A stretch of 64,000 bases of DNA from Antedon mediterranea. Its lineage: Eukaryota > Animalia > Echinodermata. Of the stretch, positions 1-11,269 are shown piece after piece. Below the pieces are notes generated by a model. That model was not told where the DNA came from and ran no database searches. It saw nothing but the letters and a program-made list of their open reading frames with translations. The stretch lies in NCBI RefSeq assembly GCF_964355755.1, contig NC_092675.1:9853812-9917811 (forward strand). Direction: 5' to 3'. The position numbers and the translations under genes were made by a program. Every line of letters starts with the position of its first letter. Within the stretch, counting starts at the first letter, position 1.

Positions 1-249
1 TGAATGTTTAAGGAAGGATATCAAACAACAGACAGTGAGTGGCACTGGATCAAACATTATTGTTTGGATGCGATACGATTATGCCCCTACAGGTTTTCTG
101 GTATGGTATCGACTTTGCTTCCACAAAACGTCATTAGAATCTACCGTACGGGCTAATGTAGCCTATGGGCTACCGTATATGAGCGAATGGGACTGGTAAT
201 ACCAAAACGGCATGCCTACCATCCATATATATATATCTGTAAACTTTTT

Positions 250-326
250 GATAGCATATCGTGACCCGTATGATAAACAACTTTAATAAACAATGAATAT
301 GTCTTTGAGAACATCGATGTTCTACA
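250..326 (-). repeat. 3' LTR (truncated) of the Gypsy element, preceded by PPT GGAAGGAAAGA (327-337)
   Basis: Near-identical to 5081-5159. On the - strand it begins TGTAGAACATCG directly after a purine tract. Confidence 0.85.
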
Positions 327-339
327 TCTTTCCTTCCAA

Positions 340-1279
340 GTTGGTAGCTCTTGTAGGCAACCACAACCCAGTCCACACTTTGAACCGTCACAAATTAGTG
401 TGATTTCTTTTTTCACATCGTAAAATGCAAGGACTGTGGTGAGATTAACTTTTGCTTTAATCTTTCAAATGAGGTTCCCATTTCCATATGACGTCCTGAC
501 GAAGCAGCTCTCGTATAGTGGGGCTGTCATTTCACTGACGTTGATGTCTACGAACTTGGACAGATAGTTTAGCATTCCGAAAAACCTGCTCAGCTCAGTT
601 TGGTTTTCAGGTGGTGGTATTTCAACAATTTTTTTTCGGGTCTGGTTTGATTCCATCTAGTTATTAGGTGTCCAACATAAGATACTTGGCTTGTTCTGAA
701 TCTACATTTGGACTGGTTCAGTTTTAGGTTTAGAAGGTCATCCACTATCATTTCGCATGGGTATCCTTCGAAGTGTGTCTCCATTGCCCTTTGGTATACT
801 TCGCTTCCACTGTTTACTCCGTATGGTAGCCGTAAGTTGAATCTTCCCAGTGGAGTGTTAAAACAGGTAAGGTTTGTTGATTCGTCATCGAGTGGAATCT
901 GCCAAAAAGAGTTTTTAGCATCGAGCACAGTAACAATCTTACAATTTGCAAGATTCATTGTGGCTTGTTTTATTGTAGGCCTACACATGGGATGGTGTGG
1001 TCTTTTAAAGGCTTTGTTTAGATCACGGGGATCGATAGATAATCTTATTATTATGTCATCAGTGTTTTTCTTTTTGGTTGCAACCATTAAAGAAACCCAA
1101 TCGGTGGCTTCTTCTACTGGTGTTATGACACCAAGATCTGTCATTCTCTTTGGCACACGCCTTGGTGTTCGAATGATTGGTGGTATATCTGGGTAAATTT
1201 TCATTTTATATTTTAAATGCAGTTTGCCTAATTTTCTATCAAACACTTGGAAACTTTGTAATCTCACAAGCTTCACCAT
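340..1279 (-). pseudogene. Gypsy pol remnant: reverse transcriptase, connection domain and start of RNase H, frameshifted
   Basis: ORFs 590-1279 (IDPRDLNKA, LDAKNSFWQIPL, RLPYGVNSGSEVYQR, IVDD, VSYVGH), 465-656 (FFGMLNYLSKF) and 216-416 (LICDGSKCGLG). Confidence 0.9.
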
Positions 1280-1398
1280 TGGCTAGCTCGTGTACAAAAT
1301 CATCGTTGATAGTTATGAGGTTCAGTTTCAATGAGTCTTAAAGTCCAAGAATGGATGAGCAGTTTTCTTTCAATATGTAGAAGCTTGTGCTGTATGTT

Positions 1399-1620
1399 TC
1401 ACCAGCTACAGTTATTGGTAGCTTTATTTATCCCATTGTATGAATAATTGTACCACCGAAAGCTCTTAGGCGGGCACGCTTTGTACTGAGTGTCAATTGC
1501 AGCTTCTTGTTCAATACCTTGTACCATGTGATATGGTAAGACATTACACTTTGCACCTGTGTCTAACTTTAAAGTTAGAGGTTTGCTGCATGTGGTTACG
1601 TTAACCTTGATATCATTTGC
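1399..1620 (-). pseudogene. Gypsy aspartic protease remnant
   Basis: LKLDTGAKCNVLP motif, upstream of RT on the same strand. Confidence 0.85.
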
Positions 1621-2222
1621 CTTATTTACCTCCGCCAAGGAGGCATATGTAATCGGTAGCGGGTGTTTGTTTGTTTGTTATCAGGATTACTCAAAAAGTA
1701 ATTACAAGATCTTCACCAAAATATATAATATACAGATAGATATGTGGTCAAGGACCATTCCATTACATTTTTGGACCATGGTCCCAATTCTGGACCACTT
1801 TTTAGTATACTTTTCCGACCTGCTAGTGTTAAAAGGTAGGACAGAATTTTTCAAAAGATGGCGAGCAGTCTTAAAGTAACAAGTAAACTGAAATTGCATT
1901 TTCTCGAGAACTACTTGTCCAAAAAACTTCATTTTTGTACAAGAGGCAAGAGTTATAATTTGTTATTTGTAATTTTGAAACATAATTTGATTGAATTTGC
2001 ACGTTTTTTGATGCGAGTAGTTTAAAAAACCAAATTCACTCGTTTGATTTTCGCGTTGCTGTTCTATTGTTAGTCAACTGAAGCTATTGTTAATTGAAAG
2101 GCTTGTTACATTACATCAAACTCGCATACAACACATGCTTGTAGTGAAATTAGCCTAAATCACAAACAGCATTATGACACACACAAATATATATATATTA
2201 TAAATAATAAAAATAGTGCTGT

Positions 2223-2470
2223 TCCGCCGTACCACGCCGAGAATGTTAAAGAGTCGCTATCCAATCGAGTTCGAACAATACCATGAAAGCCCCAGTGGTC
2301 TAATGGTTAGGACATCTGCATATCAAGCAGGCGGTCCGAGTTCGAGTCTCGGTTGGGGCGACTTTTTCTCATTCTCACAGATTTCCTCGTCTTTATCGTT
2401 TCAAACTAATTAATTAAATTTCAGTATATCACCGGGCGGTTTAGAATTAATGTTCTTTGCCTGATTTGTT
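2223..2470 (+). mobile_element. tRNA-containing dispersed element inserted in a (TA)n tract, copy 1
   Basis: Homologous to 33860-34062 (- strand). Absent from the equivalent (TA)n site of the HINE copies at ~8003 and ~58222. Confidence 0.75.
2289..2360 (+). tRNA. tRNA-like cloverleaf, anticodon ATC (Asp-like); probably a pseudo-tRNA or repeat-borne
   Basis: Acceptor GCCCCAG/TTGGGGC; D stem GTCT/GGAC; anticodon stem TCTGC/GCAGG with loop ATATCAA; T stem CCGAG/CTCGG with loop TTCGAGT; followed by TTTTT. Confidence 0.65.
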
Positions 2471-2944
2471 TATATTATAAATCATTATATATATATATTT
2501 TTTTTTTTTACCGGAGAAATCTTATGTAGGAGAATTTTACAGTAGGCGAAGTTATGCACTCTCGGTGTGGCTTTCAAGTTGAGTAGATCGATTTCAATTA
2601 CTTGGTCAATTTGTTCCATTTCATAATCACACTCGTCACTTTCAGGCAATTGGCTGATTTACTGAACGTTTTATAACGCGAATAGCTTGGACGTCTTCGC
2701 TCCTGTCGGACACTGTCGTCTGCATAGTATAGTGCCGATTTGCTGTCCTGTCACATTTTCTGCACCTGGCACCAAATGCCGGGCAGTTTCTACTAGAGTC
2801 TGATTTTCCACAGCGAGAACAGTCTTTAATCCATGAGTTTGGTACTACTAATATTATTGTTATTACCTGTTGGTTTACCTGAGATAGTCAATAGTCAAAA
2901 GTTGGTCATAGCACCTAAGCATTTCACTTGATTTGTCAGTGGCC

Positions 2945-4365
2945 CAGTGGTGGCGCCAGCGGGGGGGCTACGGGGGCTCTAGCCCCCTCGTCGGGGAGCC
3001 TAGCCCCCCCGTCGGGGAACACGGGTACTTTTTGTCGGGGAATATAATATACAGTAAAAAACGTTCGCGTTCACTTCATATAGCTTCAGCGCCTAGAAAA
3101 CCACGACGTTCCATTGACCGTGAGAGTACGTCAGAGGGCTATTATGCACTTTTATGCATTCATTATTGCCAGAGATCTAACTACTAAACAATAGCTAGTA
3201 CGCACTTGTTTGGCGGTATCCCTTTGTACGAATCGTTCACCGTTGGGTCGAGATGCGTGATATCATGTTCCATCCAGGGACCAAAATGTGTAATGTAGTT
3301 ATTTTCCAGGCGAAGTTTACCGACGGTTACCGAAGGGAACACGGGTACTTTTTGTCGGGGAATATAATATACAGTACAGTAAAAAACGTTCGCGTTCATT
3401 TGGTAGCTTCAGCGCCTAGAAAACCGCGACGTTTCATTGACATTGAGAGTACGTCAGAGTGCTATTATGCAATTTATATGCATTCATTATTGCCAGCGAT
3501 CTAACTTACTACTAAACATTAGCTAGGTACGCACTTGTCTGGCGGTATCCCTTTGTACGAATCGTTCAACGTTGGGTCGAGACGCGTGATATCAAGTTCC
3601 ATCCAGGGACCAAAATGTGTAATGTAGTTATTTTCCAGGCGAAGTTTACCGACGGTTCGGGTACTTTTTGTCGGGGAATATAATTCGTTCGCGTTCACTT
3701 CGTAGCTTCAGCGCCTAGAAAACCTCGACGTTTCATTGACCGTGAGAGTACGGCAGAGTGATATTATGCACTTTATATGCATTCATTATTGCCAGCGATC
3801 TAACTTACTACTAAACAATAGCTATAGGTACGCACTTGTCTGGCGGTATCCCTTTGTACGAATCGTTCAACGTTGGGTCGTGATATCATGTTCCATCCAG
3901 GGACCAAAATGTGTACTGTAGTTATTTTCCAGGCGAAGTTTACCGACGGTTACGTCGTGTACTGTGTCGACGTACGCTACACTACAGCAAAAACGAATTA
4001 TGTTAATTGTTCGTATGTTCACCAATTTTTTAATTCACAAGTAACCTTCTGTACCGTGGGGCACCTAAAATAAATATTTCATCCATTACTAAACAAAAAA
4101 ACATGCCATTTTCGCTTAGCCAACATCTTATTATAGCTAAGTTATTAAATTTTCAATGTCCTGTATGTCATGAATTTCTCACCACCCGGAAGTCCAGATG
4201 GTACGCAGGCATACACTTGGGAGGAATAAACTTATTTCCCTGGACCCCCACCGAGGGCCCTTGGCGGCCCCCTGGCCTCCAGCCTTGTGATGCTCGCTTC
4301 GCTCGCATAGCCCCCTCGTCGGGGAATGTAGCCCCCGCGTCGGGAAGATCCTGGCGCCACCCCTG
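2945..4365. mobile_element. Non-autonomous hAT-type DNA transposon with three internal ~320-bp tandem units, inserted in Gypsy gag
   Basis: TIRs CAGTGGTGGCGCCAG / CTGGCGCCACCCCTG (14/15). Perfect 8-bp TSD CAGTGGCC at 2937-2944 and 4366-4373. Repeat units start near 3015, 3335 and 3657. Confidence 0.9.
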
Positions 4366-4624
4366 CAGTGGCCTCGTGTATTTGGCAGATTTGTATAACC
4401 TTTTCTAGTTTAGGTCTTTTTCTCGGAGGAGGGCCTTTCTGACCCTATCGTTGTCTATATCCCTACGACTATTCTTTCTCTGATTAATAACTCATCTCAT
4501 AACTCACCAAATTCGCACGTGCCTGCTAACTTCTTGAGTGTGGCGATGTATGTTTGTATAGATTCGCCACTATTCTAATTATTTGTTGTGTGTTATACTT
4601 GTGTGTTTCAATGACTTTTTTTTT

Positions 4625-4724
4625 TTTTGCGGTGCGCAATGTGCTTTGAATTTTTTCTTTACAACGTCAAGGTTTACTATCGAATAAAATCAATTTAATA
4701 TCGAATAAAATCAATCAATCAATC
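4625..4724 (+). mobile_element. Probable 5'-truncated LINE/SINE 3' tail with (AATC)n, inside gag
   Basis: AATAAA followed by ATCAATCAATCAATC, interrupting gag-like sequence. Confidence 0.4.
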
Positions 4725-4965
4725 TACCTTTGCTTCTTCGTTCTCAAAATCAAATGACCTGTAGCGTTCGGTTTCCTCCTCGCCTGCTAATAGAAATATG
4801 AAGCACTTCTCCTTGTCATTTTTTGTACTGTGAGCGGCTGCTGGATACACGTCAAAATCTAGGCCTAGGCCTAGCCTCTAGGTCGAATTTTCACAAATTG
4901 TCGGCGACGTTTATTTCAAAACTAAGTTGGTTAGGTCTATAAAGGTCTCGCCCATTCTGACACCA

Positions 4966-5159
4966 TGTAATTTATTGTAGAAATAAGACGAGAAGACTAT
5001 AGAATGACGTTTAATACCAATCAGTTTTATTATTTTACACCGTTACTTTTTACGATCATGTGCGTGTCTGTGGATCGTATGACAGCATATCGTGACCCGT
5101 ATGATAAACAACTTTAATAAACAATGAACATGTCTTTTTGAGAACATCGATGTTCTACA
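4966..5159 (-). repeat. 5' LTR (194 bp) of the Gypsy element, with adjacent tRNA-Leu-like PBS (4951-4965)
   Basis: On the - strand TGTAGA...TTACA, then TGGTGTCAGAATGGG. Confidence 0.85.
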
Positions 5160-6732
5160 ATTTTAATGTAAACATTTTCAAATGACGGTACACATCATTT
5201 CAATTCACACAGGAATGAAAAACATAAAGAAAATGTTAAACTAAAATATTGTGTATCTTGATCAAATAAACTTTAAAGATTAGATTAGATTTCATGTTCG
5301 TTAACAAGTGATGACATTATTAGGATTTTTACAGTACCATCCAACTATTTAAACAGCCTGGTTAGAGGGGAACAGAAAAAAGGAGGGAAGTAATAATAAA
5401 ATAACATTAAATACAAATGTTTCTTACAAAAACGTCGCTCGACCTTTTGACGTCACAGTTTTAATTATTGTTCGTTCGTCATTAAATGATGTTTAAATTA
5501 ATATTCTATTTATTAATTTAAGAAATAATGAGTCCATCGGCTACTGATGTATAGAACAAAAATATATCCTAAGCTAAACTATACTGTGCATATTTTGGGG
5601 TAGGAGGTTACTCCCTAAGGTCGTAGTGACCCACATAGGCCTACCCCAACGTTTTCCCGAACCTTCTTCGTACAGACGCCGACAAACGTATACACTAATC
5701 AAATAATACTTGATCTACACCAGAATATACACACACGTCCATTCGCCAAAGCTATTTACGATAGAATGATTTGACCATTATTCAATGATAATTTAAATCC
5801 ATACGTTGACAGTACATCCCATAGACTCTCTTCTCCCAGACGTGCTTTGGAGTTTGAGCATGCCCAGTCCGAGTTTCCAAATACCTTTTTTTTTAGCCGC
5901 AGTAAACAAGCTACCGATGGTAACTGTTTCCTACTGATTCTGTTCTCTTCTTGAATATAAATGCCTAGATGAGCGGCGCGAAAAGATATTAGGCTACCAT
6001 GTTTCAGTCAGTCTTTTTAACTATGATTATGAATCGTAAATAAGAGAGATGTAAAATTAATGAAATTTATGATTAACGTTCTGATGTTGAGGGCGTTTTA
6101 CCATCCATGTGCGCGCATAATCGAATCAGGAACAAACGTAACGTGAGTGCAGAGTGGCGTCTGTATTATTAATATTACATGCAGTCGATCCTCTGAGTGC
6201 ATTTTTCTGTCATGTAGCCTAGGCCTAGCTCTAGGCCTATTTCTATTTTGTTTGTCCTATGAATCAAAGAAATTACGTTCTTTTCTATAATATAAAACTA
6301 AGATCCCTAATGGTTAGTATTTTACAATTTTTTTTTATGGTTTGGGTCCGATCTTTTTACCGATTTCATTCACATTTTACCTCATAACCAGGTTAAACCT
6401 AGGCCTAGGCCTAGACTAGCTAGGCCTACTAGAGTCTAGGCCTAGGCTAGCTAAGGTAGCCTACTAGGGGCCTACACTACTACTAGTTAGGCGGATTGCC
6501 TACTAGGCTAGGCCTATTTAATAGGCTACACTAGCTAGGCCTAGAGAGCTAGTAGTAGTAGGCTCTAGACTTGCTAGTTACTTGCCTAAATTACTCAGTA
6601 TTTACTATTATTAGTATTACTGTTATATTATTACTATTTATTCTACTGTCAGTGTAGTGCAGGATAGTCGCCGCCAGCTAGGCCTAGCTACGTTTTAGTA
6701 ATAGCCTACTAAGGCCTATTAGTCTATACTTA

Positions 6733-8080
6733 TTTACCTCCGCCAAGGAGGTATATATGTAATCGATCGCGTGTGTTTGTTACTTGGCCAAATTGAAAAT
6801 TGGCCAAGTATGTTGATTGGTGCGGTTTGTGTGTGGGTGTGTTTGTTTGTTTGTCATCACTCTAGCGCACACAATTTTGATTCGAATGACTCCAAATTAC
6901 TACCATACATGTCACCTGGTGCAAGGACGACACTGCCCAATTTTGGTGAAAATCCGGACCACGGTCCCAATTCTGGACCACTTTTAAAAATTATTTTCAG
7001 ACCTGCTAGTGTTAAAAGATAGGACAGAATTTTCAAAAGCCGGTGAGCAGTCTTAAATTAACAAGTAAACTAAAATTGCATTTTCTCGAGAACTACTTGT
7101 CCAAAAAACCTCATTTTTGTACAAGAGGCAAGAGCTATAATTTGTGATTTGTAATTTTAAAACATAATTTGATTTAATATACAGGCTTTTTGATGCGAAT
7201 AGTTTAAAAAACCTATTTCTTTTCATATTCACCCGTGTGTGTTTCGCGTTGCTGTTCTATTGTTAGTCGACTGAAACTATTGTTAATTGAAAGGCTTGTT
7301 ACATAACCGTTACACCAAACTCGTATACACATGATAGTAGTGGATTTAGCCTAAATCACACAGCATAAGACACACACTTTTGGTGAAAATCGGGTCATGG
7401 TTATTAGGCCAATTTTGATTTGGCCAAGTATCGCGCTATGCGCGAAGGCTAGTTTGTCTGTCTGTTTGTTTGTTTGTTAGCAGGATTACTCAAAAAGTAA
7501 TTACAAGGTCTTAACCAAAATGAATGTACAGATAGATATGTGGTCAAGGACCATTCCATTAAAATTTGGGACCATTTCGGACCACGGTCCCAATTCTGGA
7601 CCACTTTTTAGTATACTTTTCAGACCTGCTAGTGTTAAAAGATTTTATTCAAGAAAATTTTTCAAAAGCCGGCGAGCAGTCTTAAAGTAACAAGTAAACT
7701 GTAATTGCATTTTCTCGAAAACTACTTGTCCAAAAAACTTCATTTTTGTACAAGAGGCAAGAGTTATAATTTCTGATTTGTAATTTTGAAACATAATTTT
7801 ATTTAATGTGCACGTTTTTTGATGCGAGTAGTTTAAAAAAACCTATTTCTTTTCAAAGTCACTCGTTTGATTTTCGCGTTGCTGTTCTATTGTTAGCCAA
7901 TGAAGCTATTGTTAATTGTTGAAAGGCTTGTTACATAACCATTACACCAAACTCGCATACACATGCTTGTATTTAAATTAGCCTAAATCAGACCCACACA
8001 AATATATATATATATATAATCTTATGTAGGAGAATTTTACAGTAGGCGGAGGTATGCACTCTCGGAGTGGCTTTCTAGTT
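6733..8080 (+). mobile_element. HINE family A copy 2, containing a nested HINE
   Basis: TTTACCTCCGCCAAGGAGG ... GGCGGAGGTATGCACTCTCGGAGTGGCTTTCTAGTT. Confidence 0.85.
6780..7454 (+). mobile_element. Nested HINE, family B
   Basis: 5' hairpin TACTTGGCCAA-ATTGAAAA-TTGGCCAAGTA; 3' subTIR TTTGGCCAAGTA; stem-loop TCGCGC-TAT-GCGCGA; ends CTAGTT; sits in the host's GTTT tract. Confidence 0.8.
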
Positions 8081-8326
8081 AGGCCTTCAAATGTATTGCC
8101 ATCCTACCAGTATTGCTAGTAGTACAGTATATACAAATTGATTAACTGTTTTGTACATCATCGTCATTATTAGCAACTCTCCTTTCAAGTCTCCTATTTA
8201 AGTATCTAGGCTTGGCCTACTACTAGTTAACATTTTTATATATTTACCCTACAGGGATGATTACTTACTAAATTGTTGGCAAATTCATACTGTATTTTTT
8301 ATACTGTAGGTCATCACAATTAGAAG

Positions 8327-9052
8327 ATGAATGAAACAGAAGAGGAGTTTGAACTCGAACTACTTGGCCTCAACCAAATAGACTACGAGGTCACCAGTGA
8401 AGATGAACGTCATGAAATAGAGGAAGCTCTGTATCAATCTATGCATTATGCAAAATCTATAACTGTTCATGAAAACAAAGTAATACCAACAGCAGCACAT
8501 AAAATTGAAGATAAATCTAAACTTCTACAAATAGATACAGAAAAGGAGGTTATTGCAACCACCAAGGATAAGCATAACATATTGAATGAGGATAATGAAC
8601 ACTCAAAGTATTATTTAAACCAAACATCCAAAACAACATTAATCATTGGTAAAAATTCTATCGAAAGTACTGTTACTGAGTCGGATATCAATATTGTTGG
8701 TTTAAAATCCATCAATAAAGGCCCTACACAAAACACAGATTCTACCAAATTAAAAGAAAATTCAATGAATAAAACTATTATAAAGTCAACTAACAGATTT
8801 TTTCAGGACAGTGAATCCGAAGATGATTGTTGTCTTATTGAATCTGCAAGTGAAGATGAAAATCTTCAGGTCCATGTTGCCTCAAACTCAACAACAATCT
8901 CAACAACAATGGATGCAACAACAACACAAGTGAAAACTCCAGTCAACAAGGTGAAGAGATACTTTGCAGAACCATCGACTAAGCCTATGACAGGAACATG
9001 TTTCAATTGTAAAGAAACTGGGCATTATATGAGTGATTGTCCTCAAGAAAAG
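8327..9052 (+). CDS. ZCCHC7: ZCCHC7/Air1-2-like zinc-knuckle protein, coding exon 1 (knuckle 1)
   Basis: Acceptor at 8309/8310, ATG at 8327, CFNCKETGHYMSDC, donor AAG|GTATGA, phase 0. Confidence 0.85.
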
Positions 9053-10722
9053 GTATGACAATGGTGATGATTGGTTCTATGTTATGATATTTAATTACTT
9101 TTTATACAAAAACTGTCTAAATACTGATTAGGTTGATTCCAAAACTGAAGACCACCCTCTGTGACATGATTTTTTTGCGAAGAATCTGATGATTGGCACC
9201 TTTTAGAGTGAGATGTTTGACAATAATTTAACTTGTATCCTGGAAATAAAAATATATAAATCTTGATCGCACTGGACTTCTTAATTTGGTCTCAAAATTA
9301 ACCGAGTCGCTGGCTAAAGTGACCAACAAAAGTCCAATCTGAACACTGGCTACAATTCCCACACAGGGTTAAATTAACCAAGTAAATTATTATTATTTAT
9401 AAAGTGCCTTTCCAGAAGATAAATGCGCTGTACAGAGAGATTATAAAAAACCACACAAAAAAATGAACTTACTGTCGCCAAGAACCCTTCTTGTGGCGGG
9501 GGACATGAATGTTTATAAGTTGGATGGAGAGAATATTTAAAGTTGGACAATTTTTGTCAATTGAATTATTCTCTCCATTCAATGAATACAAAACATCCAT
9601 TATTTGTATTATAACACACCTACTTTTATTCAAGTTATCTATCGTTAATCATTAATGAATGCTAGGCCGGAAAGGCTGCTAGGCCATTAAAAAAGGCAAT
9701 ACCTCAACTTTAGATGCGAAGTAGAACAGTTATATGGCGCCCACAGCACATTGATTTCTAAACTCAGTCAATAAAAATTTCTCAAAATGTTTATAGAAAG
9801 CTCCGTTGGATATTGTGCTTCGCCAACAGAGCAAACAGAATTTCTATGTTTTTCTTAAAACAAATGACAATAAATGATACTGTACTTGACTTAAACATGA
9901 ATTAGAGAAAACATTAATTGTCACCACTAGATAATCACTTTTTCATAAGATAGGGCTAATTCCAAATAACATGTGATGTAAAAATTGCAAGAATATAACA
10001 TGAGCTACAGTAGCCAGCTAGGTATGTAATAGTCTGTAGAGAATCTTGATCAAGTTGATTTCGCTGATGGAGTATAGAATGTGTTTTCGCTTAGTAGGAT
10101 GATTTAAGTTCACTGGCAAATGTTCATCTATGTTGATTTATGTTTTTCTTTCATTGTCATTTCGTCTGTCCCATAAATCTTATCTTTTTTATTTACTTGT
10201 AAACCAGATAATTACAGTAGTCTTAATTTTAGTTTTTGTGCCAATTAATCACATGTTTTGTTCTTTACGCTGATAGATAATCATCTGCGGCACGTCCTAA
10301 TTAAAGACTTCCGATCAGTAAGCCTACAGCTTATTTCAATGGTTTTTTTCTACAATCTCTTCTTAAATGCCCTTGGGTAACAGTCGCCCACTCTCAATTT
10401 TGTTGATATTTAACCACCCTTTGGTACAGTTTTAGCTTAAACTAAAAAGTAACATTTTTCAAACTTTTGCAATTTCTCATTTGTGTCCAAATTTTAATTT
10501 AATGTTGTTGTCATTTTCATATACTAATTACTGTAATTTACAGTCAAAATCATCTAAATACCTGACACTCTTTCAAAACCAGACTGTGTATTACATTACA
10601 TGTAAATATACAGCATTTTGCCAAAAAAAAAACCTGCGATTCCAATGAAGTCCTGCTTTATGCAATTTTTCTTAAAGCATAATCTCTAAAGATTGTAACA
10701 AAAACTTTTTCTTTCCTTACAG

Positions 10723-10896
10723 AAACCTGTAACTTGTATTTTATGTGGTCTACAGGGTCACTACTACAAGAAATGTCCAAATCAGCTGTGTTATAACTGT
10801 GACTCACCTGGTCATGAGAACAAATCCTGTAGTAAGAAACGTGTACACTGGAGCACTGTCTGCAAACGTTGCTATATGCCAGGCCACGAGATGGTT
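10723..10896 (+). CDS. ZCCHC7: ZCCHC7-like coding exon 2 (knuckles 2-4)
   Basis: KPVTCILCGLQGHYYKKCPNQLCYNCDSPGHENKSC...CKRCYMPGHEMV, with TTACAG| acceptor and |GTAAGC donor. Confidence 0.9.
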
Positions 10897-11230
10897 GTAA
10901 GCACTGTATAATATAATGCACTTGCCAATTATATGACCCACTACACGACCCCTGGGAGATTTTTTTTTGTCATTTAAAAATAATCATTGAGGCAGGGATC
11001 CGCCAAAAAAAACCTAAATGGTATGTCACATCAATGAACAATGGTGTGACAGTGTCAATGTCCGTCACTTTACCACCCTTCATATCATGAAAAACATGGA
11101 CACATTGCGTCAAAATGGATGTGTCATTGTCGTATAAAGATTAGACAATAGAGAAAATAAATATTGTTTATGGTTTTGTACTATTAATTGGAAACATAAT
11201 GTACTCACATTTGATAATTGTTCTCTTTAG

Positions 11231-11269
11231 GCTTGTGCTGATCGCTGGAGGCAATTTCATTTAACAACA
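11231..11269 (+). CDS. ZCCHC7: ZCCHC7-like coding exon 3
   Basis: ACADRWRQFHLTT matches the Air/ZCCHC7 IWRxY linker between knuckles 4 and 5. Canonical splice sites. Confidence 0.9.

Larger units (their letters stand above)
1625..2580 (+). mobile_element. Non-autonomous Helentron-type element (HINE/DINE-1-like), family A copy 1, inserted in the Gypsy element
   Basis: 5' TTTACCTCCGCCAAGGAGG (subTIR plus hairpin); GTTT microsatellite; 3' subTIR GGCG(A)AG(T)TA; stem-loop CACTC..GTGTG; ends CAAGTT. Near-identical to copies at 6733 and 56759. Confidence 0.8.
250..5159 (-). mobile_element. Degenerate Ty3/Gypsy LTR retrotransposon (integrase deleted, interrupted by nested insertions)
   Basis: On the - strand, in order: LTR (TG...CA) 5159-4966; PBS TGGTGTCAGAATGGG; gag remnants (IQTYIATLKKLAGTCEFGEL ~4500-4560; CSRCGK...CPAFGARCRKC ~2745-2822); protease LDTGA; RT; RNase H start; PPT; truncated 3' LTR. 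Confidence 0.9.

Noticed and set aside
708-1196. 162-aa + strand ORF, and the antisense ORFs over 13396-13969 and 49282-51505
   Set aside because: Shadow frames opposite real coding sequence.
2289-2360. Functional tRNA-Asp gene
   Set aside because: The anticodon is atypical, position 32 is A, the second copy has a different anticodon, and it lies within a mobile insertion. Kept only as tRNA-like.
9186-9230. Other CTGATGA words (9186, ~42495) as hammerheads
   Set aside because: No stem II followed by GAAA, and no cleavage triplet.
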